From NCBI RefSeq assembly GCF_009914755.1, contig NC_060940.1: a stretch of DNA of 64,000 nucleotides. One strand, 5' to 3'. The notes beneath the pieces are model-generated. The model was not told where the DNA came from. It made no database searches and saw only the letters and a list, made by a program, of their open reading frames with translations. Origin of the DNA: the human T2T-CHM13v2.0 reference genome, Homo sapiens. Of the stretch, positions 30,290 to 44,594 are shown one piece after another (the first letter of the stretch is position 1; every line of letters begins with the position of its first letter). The translations under genes and the position numbers were made by a program.

Positions 30290-31140
30290 TTGATGGGAGA
30301 AGTAATTCCAGTCATGGCACATCAGAAAGTTGCTTTTTTTCCTCTTTCTAATAAGACGTATAATCCGTTGCTGACAAAAAAAGAAAAAAAAAAAAACAGC
30401 ACATTGCTACAATATTTCCTGGATGCTTTACAATACACTGTGACAAATGGCGCCTCATGTTGTACAATTGTCCTCATGGCTTGTAACACATCATTTAATG
30501 AATTGATCACAGTGGAATGTAAAGATGAAGCAGCATTTATTTTGTATGTTATATTGCATATAATTTTTAGAGTTGACATTTATAACCATGGAAGCTGTTA
30601 TTTTACATATCATCTTCAAACCATATCAGCCTTAAACACATTTAAATTTAATAAGCAAGTAGATTAGATTTGCTTTTAAGCTAGGCATATCATTACAGTG
30701 CGTGTTTCCGTCAGAAGGGCATGCTCACGATTAAATACTGTCTTCAGTTGTTTTAAAGAAACAAAAATTTTAAAGAAGGGGGTTAGAGCGAAAGCTGAAA
30801 TAATTGAGTATGAAGCCCTAAGAATTCTCTGTGGTGGACAACTGTAAGCATAGCCTTCTAACCATTGAGGCGAAAGAGTCCGTTTGGTTTTATTAACCAT
30901 CACCAGGCAACTTTGAGGCAGAATGTAAGCCTTGGGAATGAAATGCAAATTCTATAATAGGAACATCATTGTGATAATAATTTATTAAATTTCCTGAGCC
31001 GTCTCCCTCTAAGGAGGGCTGCACAAACGGCCCTGGTGATTAATGTTCAACATCGTTTAACATTTTATTAGAGGGAAACAGTTTTTAATCTATTGATGCC
31101 CTGTCTGTAGAATTCTACGAGCTGTTTTCAAAACCAGAGA
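30290..31140. promoter_or_regulatory. candidate conserved non-coding element / enhancer
   Basis: No recognisable repeat; dense TAAT/ATTA, TGACA and ACAAT motifs; conservation not verified. Confidence 0.4.
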
Positions 31141-31599
31141 AAGGGGGATAAAAAAAGAAGCAAAAAATAATTGGTGGGGGAAGGGGGTAGGTAGTAGAAG
31201 GAATTCGCAATAGCGGTTCTAGTTCTGATGCCAGATTTCTCAGAATCTCCTGTGTTTTACTGGCATTTTATTGTTTTAGCCTCATGGTAGCCTGTTGATG
31301 TTTTGTGCAAGGAGAGAGAGTTTCCTTGTGAATCTGACGTTAGGGAAAATGTCATATTCAGTGGAGAGGTTCCATCTAAGAGAGTTGGGGTGAGAAATTG
31401 GCTGAACTGGGTGCTTCTCTGAATCCTAGTAGTGTTTGCTTAGGAGCTTTAGACTCAAATGCCTATAGAGGCCAGAAGGGTCCCTTCAATGGAGATTATA
31501 ATACGTGGAATGTAGTAAAGTACTTAGCAAGCACTCTTCACTTTGAATAAATATTGAGGTACTGAAGCATCAACTGTGAGAAGACCAAAGACAAATAAC

Positions 31600-31860
31600 A
31601 GCAAAATACTATGTGAAATCATAGAGGAGATCCAGACACACGAAAAGGGGGCCAAATGGAAAAACTAATGCAATAGACAGTTTAGATCATAGTATTGTTT
31701 CGACGTCAATTTCCTGGTACCCATCATTGTATTATGATTAAGTATGATGTTAAACATTAGGAGTGACTGGGTGAGAGACCCAGGAGTGCTCTATATTATT
31801 TTTGCAATCTTTCTGTGAGTCTAAAAGCATTTCAAAATAAATACAACATTTTTAAAAAGT
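31600..31860 (+). mobile_element. old LINE-1 (L1MD/ME-like) 3' end
   Basis: 'gtcaatttcctgg...tattatttttgcaatctttctgtgagtctaaaagcatttcaaaataaa'. Confidence 0.7.
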
Positions 31861-32032
31861 AAAATTGGAACATACAAAACACACTAATACGGAAGATGAA
31901 GTCCGAGGATCATGTGCTTACAACATTGTTACTTCGCCAGTCTCACACCCTCTTCTGAGAACAATGTAAAAAGCAGAGAGAAAGATCTCTTCCCCTCCTC
32001 TTTGTGTCGACAGACATCTTTGGGTTGGACAA

Positions 32033-32548
32033 GGTGGTAGGCAAAATAATGCCCTTGCCTTACCTATGGCCATGTCTTAATCTCTGGAACCTGTGAGCAT
32101 GTTGGGTTACACTGCAAAGGAAAATTAAGATTACATGTAGAGTTAGGCTTGCTAATCGGTTGGCCTTGAGATAGGCGCATTATCCTGGATTATCTGGATG
32201 GATCCAATAGGATTACATAGGGTTGTTATAAGTGAAGAGGGAGGCAGAAGAGAGAGAGTATCAGAGCAGCTCTTCCTGAAAAGAACTCAACACATTATTG
32301 CTGTCTGTAAGATGGAAGGAAGCCATGAGCCAAAAGCAGCAGGCTGCCGCTAGAGTCTAGAAAAGGCAAGAACTCAGATTCTTCCCTAGAACCTCCAGAA
32401 AAGAACATGCCCCACAAACTCCTTAATTGTAGCTGGATGAGACCTGCATCAGATTTCTGAACTACAGAACTATAAGATGGGTTGTTTGTGTTGTTTAAAG
32501 CCATCATGTTTGAGGTCTTTGTTACAGCAGCAGTATCAAGCTAATACA
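32033..32548 (+). mobile_element. MaLR solo LTR (MLT1D/E-like)
   Basis: Start 'ggtggtaggcaaaataatg'; 'attatcctggattatctgg'; end 'tttgttacagcagcagtatcaagctaataca'. Confidence 0.85.
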
Positions 32549-32559
32549 GGCAAGTAATC

Positions 32560-32790
32560 AATATAACTGCAAATGCTTTTATGGTCCTTACACGTGCCAG
32601 ATGCTCTTATGAGCATTTTACATGCATTACCGTCCTTGATCCAATGAGGCAGGTACTACATTGTGTATTCTGCTTTATAACTGAGGATACTGCAACAGTG
32701 TGATGTTAACTTGCTCGCTGTCACAGAGCTGGTATGTGACAAAGCAGATGCTTAGTCAGAAATACAGAGCCCATGCTCTGCACCAGCAAC
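32560..32790 (-). mobile_element. MIR fragment
   Basis: 'cttacacgtgccagatgctc...gttaacttgctcgctgtcacagagctggt'. Confidence 0.65.
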
Positions 32791-33026
32791 CATGGTAGAC
32801 AGCTCAGAATATTAGTACTAGACTCTAGCACAACAGGTCCTAGAAGATATTATGGTAATGTATTTACGTAACTCAAAATGATCAGACATGTCACAAGAAT
32901 GAAAGAATGACAGACTAAAATCTTCTTGGAGAGTTGACTGGAAGGATAAGATATTCTAGTAGCAGTTGAAAATATAGTAGCATCTATCTCTAGCTATCTT
33001 TTTTTTTTTTAAGGATTGGCTAAAAA

Positions 33027-33530
33027 TAGTCTTTCCCAAGTATAAGCCGTATCATATTATTATGGATTTAGACGGGTATACATGATGCTATTAAATAACA
33101 TTGAATCAATTATTGGGAGAAGGAGTTATTCTCTTTCCATTTCTCTTTCCATTACCCTATTCGTGTCAATGAGAAAGTCTTTATTTGGTACTAGAGTGTC
33201 TTAAACATCTCTCTAATACTTTGTGATCTCTGTTTTTAGTAATAAAATGGAAGCCTCCGGCTCAGTGTCTACAGGTAATGGTTGTTAGATTTTAATAACT
33301 TGTGATTGCACTGTATTTATTTTATGGCTACCTTTTATTCAGAATAAGTGATATTGTTATTTTATCATTTACATTACTGATATCCAGTTGCCTTTTAAAA
33401 ATAATGCATTTCAATTTAAACAAAGCACATCAATGTAAAAAGATACTAAGCAGCTGACAATTTATGATTATGGTACAGGATGACCGTCTAGTGACTTTGG
33501 CAGTGGAACGGCTAGAGTTTGGGAAAATCT
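33027..33530. mobile_element. hAT-Charlie relic (MER113-like)
   Basis: Inverted ends 'agtctttcccaa' ... 'gtttgggaaa'; internal similarity to recalled MER113. Confidence 0.5.
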
Positions 33531-33673
33531 AGCTCTTTGGGGCTAAAGATTTCAAAATGTACATTTAAATTACCAAACAGATACTCATTACTAAAACTCA
33601 ATGCCTGAAACCATCTTTGAATCCATTCTGTTTTCTACCCCTTTCCCAGAAACACTTCGTTTTATTACATTTA

Positions 33674-33989
<316 letters not shown>

Positions 33990-34582
33990 GTGAAGAATTC
34001 AAAGACAGCTGAATAACACCTTTCAATATTTTATCGAGGTTAATAAAATTGATTGGTTCTTAATTAGTTGTTTATTGTTCTTCTAATTCTAGCAACAAAA
34101 CTTTAAAAAATTATACTCTCTGAATTTTAATAAAGAGCTCTTCAGTCTATCAACACCCTTAAGTCTGTCAACTTCACCATGTTTTGTGCCTCATATTGCA
34201 TTTCTTGTTGGACCAGCCATATTAGGAGTTGGGGTGGACTCTGTTCATGGACTGAGTTTCCCAGAATAGCCTTATATTTGGTGATAATGTCTCTGGCTGA
34301 GCCTCATTCTCTTAAATTAATTTCATCACACAGGCTTGCAAAATAAGGCTTCTTGTGAAAGTCTTGGTTGCAGTGTCTTTTCTAGCCAGTTTCACCAATG
34401 ACCTGGTGTGCAAATTTGTCCACTGTAAGAGTATCAAAGACATATTGAGAGGAGGTGATCATTATTACACGACCTGGGCAGGTGGCTGTCCTCTAATATT
34501 GGCAAGGCAAAACAGAACAACTGACCCAACAGCACAGATTTGAAAGACTGTTTGAGGACCTACGATGCTTGCTCTTGCTCTC

Positions 34583-34897
34583 TTTATTTATGTATTTATT
34601 TATTTGTTTGTTTATTTATTGAGACAGAGTCCAACTCTCTTGCCCAGGCTGGAGTGCAGTGGTGGGATCTCAACTCACTGCAACCTCCACCTCCCAGGTT
34701 CAAGCGATAGCCTCAGCCTCCCGAGTAGCTGGAACTACAGGCCTGCACCACCACACTTGGCTAATTTTTGTATTTTTAGTAGAAACGGGATTTCACCGTG
34801 TTGGCCAGACTGGTGTTCAACTCCTGACCTCAGGTAATCTGCCTGCCTCTGCCTCCCAAAGTGCTGGGGTTACAGGCATGAACCACTGTGCCCAGCT
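34583..34897 (-). mobile_element. AluS SINE with (TTTA)n tail
   Basis: Antisense Alu; flanks cgatgct/cgatgct. Confidence 0.93.
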
Positions 34898-36529
34898 CGA
34901 TGCTCATAATTTTAGAAAGGTGCCTGGTTTATATTTCTTATAAATGTGTCACTGAATAAAGGTTAGCCCACGTGATATGATTTTTTCTTTCATTCTCTAC
35001 TGCCACACTGCTATTTGTGGCAAGATCTAAGGAGTTTCTTCCAGGCTGTCACCGTCTGAAAAAAAAAATGTGAGTATCATATTTCCCAGCCTCCCATAGG
35101 GAGTTTTAATTATTATTATTATTGTTATTATTATTGTTTGCTCTTTTCTCTTCATCATCCTACTCTTCCTCATTTTTCTAAAGGAAGTAAAGGAACAGGC
35201 TTGGCCCAATAATTTTGAAGTATAAATAATCAGTATGTTCCATAGTCAGAATGGTAATAATGATTCCGTTAACTCAGTTTATTTAGTGCTTGTGTGCATG
35301 GTGAATGTAATGTTCTTGTTATCGACTGTGTTATCTTCACTCTCCCCTTTCATCCTGAAGATGTCTCAGGGAATTTCTCCTTCAACTTTTCCTACCCACC
35401 CTGCTTCACTCCCCCTCTCCCCAGCCCCATTTGCCACTGACTTGCTTAGCAGCACAAAATCAAGAAACATCTTTCATTCAGACCATTGCCAACACTGATA
35501 GTGTAGGTACCCAAAGGTCCAATGGCTTCCCAAACATTTAAGAGGCGTCTACAATGTGCAGGTTAGTGCAACCGGCTCTTTAAATGCACAAACCCACTTC
35601 ACCCTGACAACAATCCTGAGCCATGAATATTTTTATTCGCATTTTTTAGAGGAAACCAGGGTCAATGCCTTCAAAGAACTTGTAGTTAGGCAAAGGAGAC
35701 AGGCATGTGTGTATAACTATAAGTAAAATGCAAAGGCATCTGTGTACAGAGGGTCAGGAGTCATGCTGCAAAGTGAGTTTTTGGAAGGTTTGCGGAAAGA
35801 AGGGAAGCCTGGGCAGGCTTTTGAGGATGGGTGGGAATTTTTTCACACAGATGATTTATGGAAGGGTGTTTCAAGCAAAGAGGACAGCATGTGCAAAGGG
35901 AAAAGGAAATGGAATTCTGAGCCAAAGGTAAATATGCACAGCTAAATATAATTAGAGTGGTGTGCAGAGGGGAAGTTGGGTTATCTGAAATATATAAATC
36001 CAGTGGTCTAATCTTTGCACGCAAGTCTGGGTAATTTTAAGGAGAGTTTAAAAGACTCCATTTCGAAGGTGCACACCATAGCCATCTTTCAGCCAGTTGC
36101 TCCTTGTGTGCTAGACACCTGAACACATGTATTACTCCTGTTCCATCTCTCCCAGTTATTCCTTCTCTACCCATCTCCAATCTGTCCTTCATTCTAGCGT
36201 TCTCTGGTTTCTCCAGGCTGTTGAAACTAAGTACAGATGTGGCTCTTCCAAGCCTCCTTCATAGCCGTTGTCTTTAGGGATGAAGAAAATGAATAAGGAA
36301 AACTGTGGCTCTGAGCAGCTATTGCTTCATGTCGTGGTTGAAGCAGGAAGCGACTGAGCTTGCTATCGATTTTAACTCCTGATCTTGGGAATCCCAGAGC
36401 TTCTTTCTGTTTCTGGAGTGATGTTTTTCTTTGAAGCTAAGTTAAAAGGTAGTCATGGGGAGAGAGCCTAAAAACCTGTGAGTGGAAAAAAAAAAAAAAA
36501 AAAAAAACATCAAGCTGTGATACTGCAGA

Positions 36530-37510
<981 letters not shown>

Positions 37511-37532
37511 TAAAATCAAAAACAGGAAGACA

Positions 37533-37901
37533 GAGTGTTTTAGTTTGTTTTGTGTTTTTGTAACAGAATATCTAAGACTGGGTAACTTAAAAGCAATCAA
37601 AGTGTATTTGGCTCATGGGTTTGGAGGCTGGAAAGTCCAAGAGCATGACACTGCATATCACATGGGCTTTCCTGCTCCTCCATCACATGGTGGAAGGGCA
37701 AGAGGGAAGAATAGATGAACTCACTTTTATAACAATCCACTCACATGATAACTAACTCACTGCAGCAGTAATGACTTTATTCGTGAAAGTGGAGTTCTCG
37801 TAATCTAATCACCTCTTACTGGGCCTCACCTCCCAACACTGTTGCAATGGATATTAAATTTCTGACACATGGACTTTGGGGGACACATTGAAACCATAGC
37901 A
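37533..37901 (-). mobile_element. MaLR solo LTR (MSTC/D-like)
   Basis: 'agactgggtaactta...ggaggctggaaagtccaagagcatg...gggggacacattgaaaccatagca'. Confidence 0.85.
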
Positions 37902-38653
37902 CACTATCAGAGGCAAAATATAGTGTTGGTTCCCAGGCAATGAGTTGGCTGCCTTGTTCACAGTTTGCTCAGTATGAACCATGCTTGCAGGAGAACCCCT
38001 GAAATCAACCCTTAGAGAAATGGTGTCCATCTGGGAAAGTAGAAAAGGAGACAGCTCCAAGCACCAGGACTGAGTTTCAGTTCCAAGGGACAAGGGAAGT
38101 AAGAATATCATCACCACAGGTCCGTCCTCCTCCCCAGAGGAAGAACACAGGCTGCAGAGGTGACAGCTCACAATGTTAGGGACTGTTGATGAGAAAATTG
38201 GAAATGGATGGATTTTTATGGCAATGCATTTTTAACTGCACTTCAGCATAGAGGGGGACATTTTAAGGAGCTAAGAGCTTAAACCAGACAAGATTTCCTT
38301 CAGTGTGATAATAAATACACCAAAGTGCCCTTTTATGTTTAATAATTCAGGATCCACTGAGTGTTTAAAGGGTTTTTTTTCTGTTTTATCATTTGAAAAA
38401 TCGAATGGTAATCATTTAAAAAGTAGTAGGTGAGAAATGTTTTCCAAATAGGCCCTGAATCATGCACTTCAAAATGTCTTTGGAAATGAATGACTGAGTG
38501 TTTCAGGCAGCGTACGCCTGAAGGTTTGGAAGTTTTAACACAGCCAAACACCTGTCATTGCTGTGTATACTCATGTTCAGAGGAATGGTATCTACTTCCA
38601 TACACCGAATCAGCCAATAATCTGATCAGGGCTGGGATGAAATTAGACAAAAA

Positions 38654-38978
38654 GGCTGGGCAGTGCAGTAGCTCACGCCTGTAATCCCAGCACTTTGGCA
38701 GGCTGAGGCAGACCAATCATTTGAGGTCAGGAGTTCAAGATCTGCCTTTGCCAACGTGGTGAAACCCCGTCTTTACTAAAATACAAAGATTAGCTGGGCA
38801 TGGTGGCAGGCACCTTTAATCCCAGTTTGCTCAGGAGGCTGAGACCCAAGAATTGCTTGAACCCAGGAGGTGGAGGTTGTAGTGAGCTCAGATCTCATAA
38901 CTATACTCCAGCCTGGGCAACAGAGCAAGACTCTATCTCAAAAAAACAAAACAAAACAACAACAACAACAACAACAAA
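38654..38978 (+). mobile_element. AluS SINE with (AAC)n tail
   Basis: TSD gaaattagacaaaa on both sides. Confidence 0.95.
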
Positions 38979-39624
38979 GAAATTAGACAAAAGAACAAAC
39001 AACGTGTTGGGGAACACTTTTGTAATCTCATTCTTGAATGTGCTCAGAATGTGGATAGTCACAATCATAGAGCCAGATTTCTGGGAAATTCTAGAGTGAA
39101 ATCTAAAAGTCAGATACTAGTCATAATACATAATAGTGTCAGGGACATGAACACATAGCACCAACAAAACTGGTTTGAATTGTTCTGGGCTACAAATTGG
39201 GCCTCCACCTGGAATATAATGCAAAATCCTAGGAAGTAGTGACTTTTAGAAAGGAAACTCGACTGTCCTTGTAGATGGTAAGGATGATACTGTGGTTCTG
39301 AGATTTAAAGCAGGTAGGTTTTCCCAGGGAGTGGAGTGGAGAAGTGAATAACTTAATGGTGACACTAAGTTGGCCTGTCTTATGGAAGAGCCTGAATGTG
39401 ACAGGAAGCATGCATGTGCATCGTTAAGTATCATCTTAGAAAATATAACCCACAACTGTGCTCTCTCCATATTCAGCAAATGTTTATTGCACCTCTATTT
39501 ATGGTGTGCCTGTCAGACACTGCAGTAGGCACTAAGGATGATGTTGCAATATACCCCACAGACAACATCACTGCTTGCATGGAGCTCATATTTTCTGCTC
39601 GAGGAAAAACATTCAAGAAGGAGT

Positions 39625-40095
39625 TGTGACAGAAACTGCCAGCTGTCTACCCAGTATCCCTTTATGCCTTCTTTTAAAGGAATAGAGTGCTTGGAAATAG
39701 TTCACTTAGTCAGAGTCAGTATGCCCCAAATTAAAGGATAATAATGCTGTGTTCCTCGGCTTAGCAGAGAGGGATCCCCATTAAGATGGCAGTGAAAATT
39801 ATTAGACATGCATCCTGGGAAAAGCCTCTAATAGGGACTAACTCATCGTGATGAAAACACCATAGGCCCTTTCATGCTTTCTCCGCGCTGTTGTATGACA
39901 TTATGTGACTTTGAGGCAACTTCGTTGGTGGAATCTATGTTCTAAGGATAATGGAATAAAAAAGTGAATGAGGCAAGAAGGTTTAAGATGGAATATGTAG
40001 CCCTGAACTTCTTGTATGGGAGAGAAAAATTAATCTATATTTTGTTTAAGCCACCATTATTTGGGGACTCTCTAAATAGCAACCAAATTGAATTT
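39625..40095 (+). mobile_element. old LTR relic (MLT1/LTR16-like)
   Basis: 3' end 'gagagaaaattaatctatattttgtttaagccaccattatttgggg'. Confidence 0.45.
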
Positions 40096-40497
40096 TATGA
40101 GATCAGTGTGGGAATCACAAATATAAATTTATTTCTGAATGTAAAAATTGCTCTGCAGGCAACAAAGCTGGAAGATATGAGAGAGAGGAATTGGGGCAAG
40201 GGTTGGAGAGAAAGACCTCTCTGAGGTTAAAACAAAGTCTGGTATATGCACCTCTCAGGGAGAAACATCCCAAACCAAAGGAATGCCAGATACCAAAGTG
40301 AGCAACACAGCATAGCAGAGAAACAACGGAGAGCCAGGTAGTAGAAGAGGTGAAGTCACCAGCTGAGGTGAAGGAAACAGGAGAGATCAAGTCCTGTGTC
40401 TCCTATTGTGGGCTATGTTAAGAAGTGGGGATTCTATTCTGGCTGAGGCAGGAGGTCCTTAGTTTGATCTAGGCAAGAGAATGCCATGATCTGATTC

Positions 40498-40807
40498 TTT
40501 TTTTTTTTTTTCTTTTCTTTTTTTTGAGACAGTTTTGCTCTTGTCGCCCAGGCTGGAGTGCAATGGCACAATCTGGGCTCACTGCAACCTCTGCCCCACT
40601 GGGTTCAAACGATTTTCCTGCCTCAGCCTCCCAAGTGGCTGGGATTACAGGTGTCCAACACCACGCCTGGCTAATTTTTAGTATTTTTAGCAGAGATATG
40701 GTTTCACCTTGTTGGCTAGGCTGGTCTTGAATCCAGACCTCAGGTGGTCCACCCACCTCAGCCTCCCAAAGTACTGGGACTACAGGCAAGAGCCACCATG
40801 CCCGGCC
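40498..40807 (-). mobile_element. AluS (Sq-like) SINE
   Basis: TSD gatctgattctt on both sides. Confidence 0.95.
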
Positions 40808-41550
40808 GATCTGATTCTTATTTACAAAGCTTACCCAGGCTGGTAGAGAATGGGCACGGCAAGCGTGAAGTTAGGAAGCCCATTTGGGCAGTGACTGTAG
40901 ACTGTAGATCAGAGGGAGTATTGATGGTGGGGTAGACTTAGATGGCAGAGGAGATGTACGAGGGATTTATTTCAGAGGTAACACTGGCAGAACTTGCAGA
41001 AGTTTGGGAAGCCAATTAACACCTAAGTAGCATGTGTTAGGAGGATATGCATAAATGTAGAATTTGCATTGACTTTGGAAGATCCTCCCATGGTCTTTCT
41101 CCTAGAGCCGCTTAACTGTCTCCAAAAATCAATATGGGTTACTCAACAACAACAACAACCACAGCAATATAAACAACTTGATTAAAATGGTTAAAGGACT
41201 TGAATAGACATTTCTTCAAAGAACATAAACAAATGGCCAATAAGCACATGAAAAAAGATGCTCAACATCATTAATCATTAGAGAAAAGACAAATAAAAAT
41301 TACAATGAGATACCACCTCACACACATTAGGATGGCTGCAAATAAAAAAAAAAAAAAAAAGAAGCACAGAAAACACGTGTTGATAAGGATGTGGAAAAAT
41401 TGGACCCATTACGCCCTGTGGGTAGGAAGGTAAAATAGTACAGGTGCTGTGGAAGACAGCATGGAGATTCCCAAATAATTAAAAATAGAACTGCCAGATG
41501 ATCCAACAATTCTTATTCTGGATATATATTTAAAAGAGGTGAATGTAGAG

Positions 41551-41919
41551 CAGGGGTCCCCAGTCCCTGGGTCATGTAGTGGTACCGGTGTATGGCCTGT
41601 TAGGAATTGGGCTGCAGTGGATGAGCAAGCAAAGCTTCTTCTGTATTTACAGCCACTCCTCATTGCTTGCATCAGCACCTGAGCTCGACCTCCTGTCAGA
41701 GCAGCCACGGCATTAGGTTCTCACAGCAGCACAAACTCTTTTGTGAACTCTGCATGTGAGGGATCTAGGTTGTGCACTTCTTATGAGAATCTAATGCCTG
41801 ATGATCTGAAGTGGGACAGTTTCATCCTGAAACCATCCCCTGCAACAGCCCCCCACCCTGGCCATTAGTTTATCTTCCACAAAACTGGTCCCTGGTGCCA
41901 AAAAGGTTGGGGTCTGCTG
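41551..41919 (+). mobile_element. MER1 (A/B-type) hAT-Charlie element
   Basis: TIRs 'caggggtcccca'...'ttggggtctgctg'; 'gagaatctaatgcctgatgatctg'; 8-bp flanks atgtagag/aagtacag. Confidence 0.9.
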
Positions 41920-41943
41920 AAGTACAGCCTCAAAGAAATGTTC

Positions 41944-42131
41944 TTTTTTTTTGAGACCGAGTCTCACTGTCACCCTGGCTGGAGTGCCAGGCTAATTTTG
42001 TTTTTATATTTTTAGTAGAGATGGGATTTCACCGTGTGAGCCAGGATGGTCTGGATCTCCTGACCTCGTGATCCGCCTGCCTCGGCCTCCCAAAGTGCTG
42101 GGATTACAGGCGTGAGCCACTGCACCCAGCC
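41944..42131 (-). mobile_element. Alu (Y/Sc-like) with large right-arm deletion
   Basis: TSD aaagaaatgtt on both sides; sequence jumps from 'ggagtgc' to 'caggctaatttt'. Confidence 0.9.
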
Positions 42132-43403
42132 AAAGAAATGTTTTTACACTCATATTCATAACAGCTAAAATATGGGACTAATACAAGTGTTTATCAATGA
42201 TGAACAGATAAGCAAAATGTGATACTCACACACGCACAATGGAATATTATTCAACCTTAGAAGGGAAGAAAATTCTGACGCATGCTTCACAAATGAGCCC
42301 TGAGGACATTATTCTAAGTAAAATAAGCCAGTCACAAAAACACACGCACTGTATAATTCCACTCACATGAAGTTTGTAGTGAAAAGCAGAGAGTCAAGGA
42401 GAATGGTGGTGGCTGGTGGAGAGGAAGGTAGGGGAAAGGACAGTTATTGTTTAATGGGTACACAGTTTCAGTATTACAAGACAAAAAGAGTTCTGGAGGT
42501 TATGGTGGTGATGGTTGCATAACAATATAAATATACTTAATGCTACTGAATTGTATGCTTAAAATGGTTAAGATAGTAACTTTTATGTTGTATTTGTGTT
42601 ACCACTGTGAGGAATTGGAAAATTATAGAGGTGGGCCGTGCCCAGGATTGCAGTGAGTTTTCAGCTGGCACAGCTTTGTCCATGCTTCTCACAGCTCAGA
42701 TAGGGTCCCTCTATGTGTGAGCCCTAGTCCACATTTTGGTTAATACATGGTCTCTTCCATTTCTCTGTTTCCCTTTGCAAATATCTGCTTGGTTAGTGAC
42801 TCTTTCTCGAAATCTCCTCATAACCCACCAAGCAAAGGCAATCTTGTGCCTTCCCAGCAAGTGATTGTCTTACCGGCCACGGATTTAACCAGAAATCTAA
42901 GTTTGTCCAGAGAGCCAGTCCTCAGAAGGGGCTGAAGTCAGAACTAGTCAAGAAGGACAGGTGCACATTTACATATGATTTGCATCTGCTTTACATAGGG
43001 CTGCACAAGCTGTGCTGTGTTCTCAAACATCACTTACGTTATATTTTAAGACTGTCGCAATCTTTAACTAACATTTCGATCTGCAGCCAGGGTGCCCCTG
43101 ACTTCTCCAGATTTCCATATTTAAACTGGCTACAACTCTAATCCATGGGAGGTGGGAAATCCACGGCACCCACAGGGTATCTGCAGATACCTGCCAGAAG
43201 GCTTTACTTTCTCAGAGTAACCATTCATTCCAATGATCCATTCTCAATGAACCATCTCATCCTACCTCTCATCTCTTGCCTCTATCTCAGGCCCACCCTA
43301 AACTTGCAGCATCACTCAAGGCCATTGTGTGTATCCCATTTTAATCTGAGGGAGGACAGGATTGCAAACACTTTAATATTAGCATTCCCATATTTATAAG
43401 TTC

Positions 43404-43710
43404 CTGGTCAGGTGTAATGGCATATACCTGAAATCCCAGTACTTTGAGAGGCTGAAGTGGGAGGATCACTTGAGCCCAGGAGTTTGAGACCAGCCTAAGC
43501 AACATAGTAAGACATTGTCTCTATAAAAATTATAATAGTAAATTAGCCAGGCATGGTGATATGCACCTGTAGTCCCAGTTACGCAGGAAGCTGAGGATGG
43601 AGAATCACTTGAGCCTGGGAGGTCAAGGCTGTAGTGAGCTATGATCGTGCCATTGGACTTCAGCCTGGGCAACAGAACAAGACTGTGTCTTAAGAAAATA
43701 AAAATGAAAA
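43404..43710 (+). mobile_element. AluJo SINE
   Basis: 'ggaggatcacttgagcccagg', 'ggtcaaggctgtagtgagctatgatc'. Confidence 0.93.
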
Positions 43711-44281
43711 AGTTCCTCACTGTTCTAAGACATCAGGGATTATTCACTGGCATTTTTCCTTGTATTTTTAGAGCGAGGCTTCCTTCATCTCCTTTTCTCC
43801 CCCTCTCCCCAATCCTTTCTCTTTTCCTTCTTTTCTCCCTTAATGCAAACTGATTGGTAACTCCTCATTTTCCCCTCCGCACAGTTTCTGGCATTCGCCA
43901 TTCTACTCCTTGGTTTTCTGTTCTTGACTGTTTTGGATATATTCATCTTTCTATGTCTCTTGCACTGTCTGGGACTATGCACTTCAACTTGAAATTCCTT
44001 GTCTTTTTTGTCCCAAAGAATATTGTGACTTTCTCTTTATCCTACACTCTCTTTTCCATGTGTAACAAGGGGAGGTGGGAGTATGATGCCACTCCTCTAT
44101 GAGATAGAGGTAGAAGTTACATGTGGAATATTTACTTCCCCTTTTATCTGATTTTCTCCTCCCACCTCCCTTCACTGATAGTAAGATAGAGGCTGAGAGA
44201 CCAAGAAAAATAGTGAGAGAGATGAGGCTTGCTCGATGAATATTTTGGAAAACTCCAGTTGAGTGAAAATGTATGGAAATG

Positions 44282-44594
44282 GGCGGGGCGTGGCGGCTCA
44301 CACCTGTAATCCCAGTGCTTAGGGAGGCTGAGGCAGGCAGATCACTTGATGTCAGGAGTTCAAGACCAGTCTGGCCAACATGGTGAAACCTCATTTCTAC
44401 TAAAAATACAAAAATTAGCTGGGTGTGGTGGTGCTCTCCTGTAATCCCAGCTACTCGGGAGGCTAAGGCAGGAGAATGGCTTGAACCCAGGAGGTGGAGG
44501 TTGAAGTGAGATCATGCCATTGCACTCCAGCCTGGGTGATAGAGTGAGACTCTGTCTCAGGAAAAAAAAAAAAAGAAAAAGAAAAAAAAGAAAA
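44282..44594 (+). mobile_element. AluS SINE
   Basis: Full Alu; degenerate TSD aaaatgtatggaaat/aaaacttacggaaat. Confidence 0.95.

Larger units (their letters stand above)
41145..42610 (+). mobile_element. L1MA/MB 3' fragment hosting MER1 and Alu insertions
   Basis: ORF2-end sequence 'gacttgaatagacatttcttcaaagaa...aatgagataccacctcacac'; 3'UTR 'ttgtttaatgggtacacagtttcagt'. Confidence 0.88.

Noticed and set aside
31860-31876. 'taaaattggaacataca' resembling part of U6 snRNA
   Set aside because: Only ~17 nt match and flanks do not continue U6; probably chance
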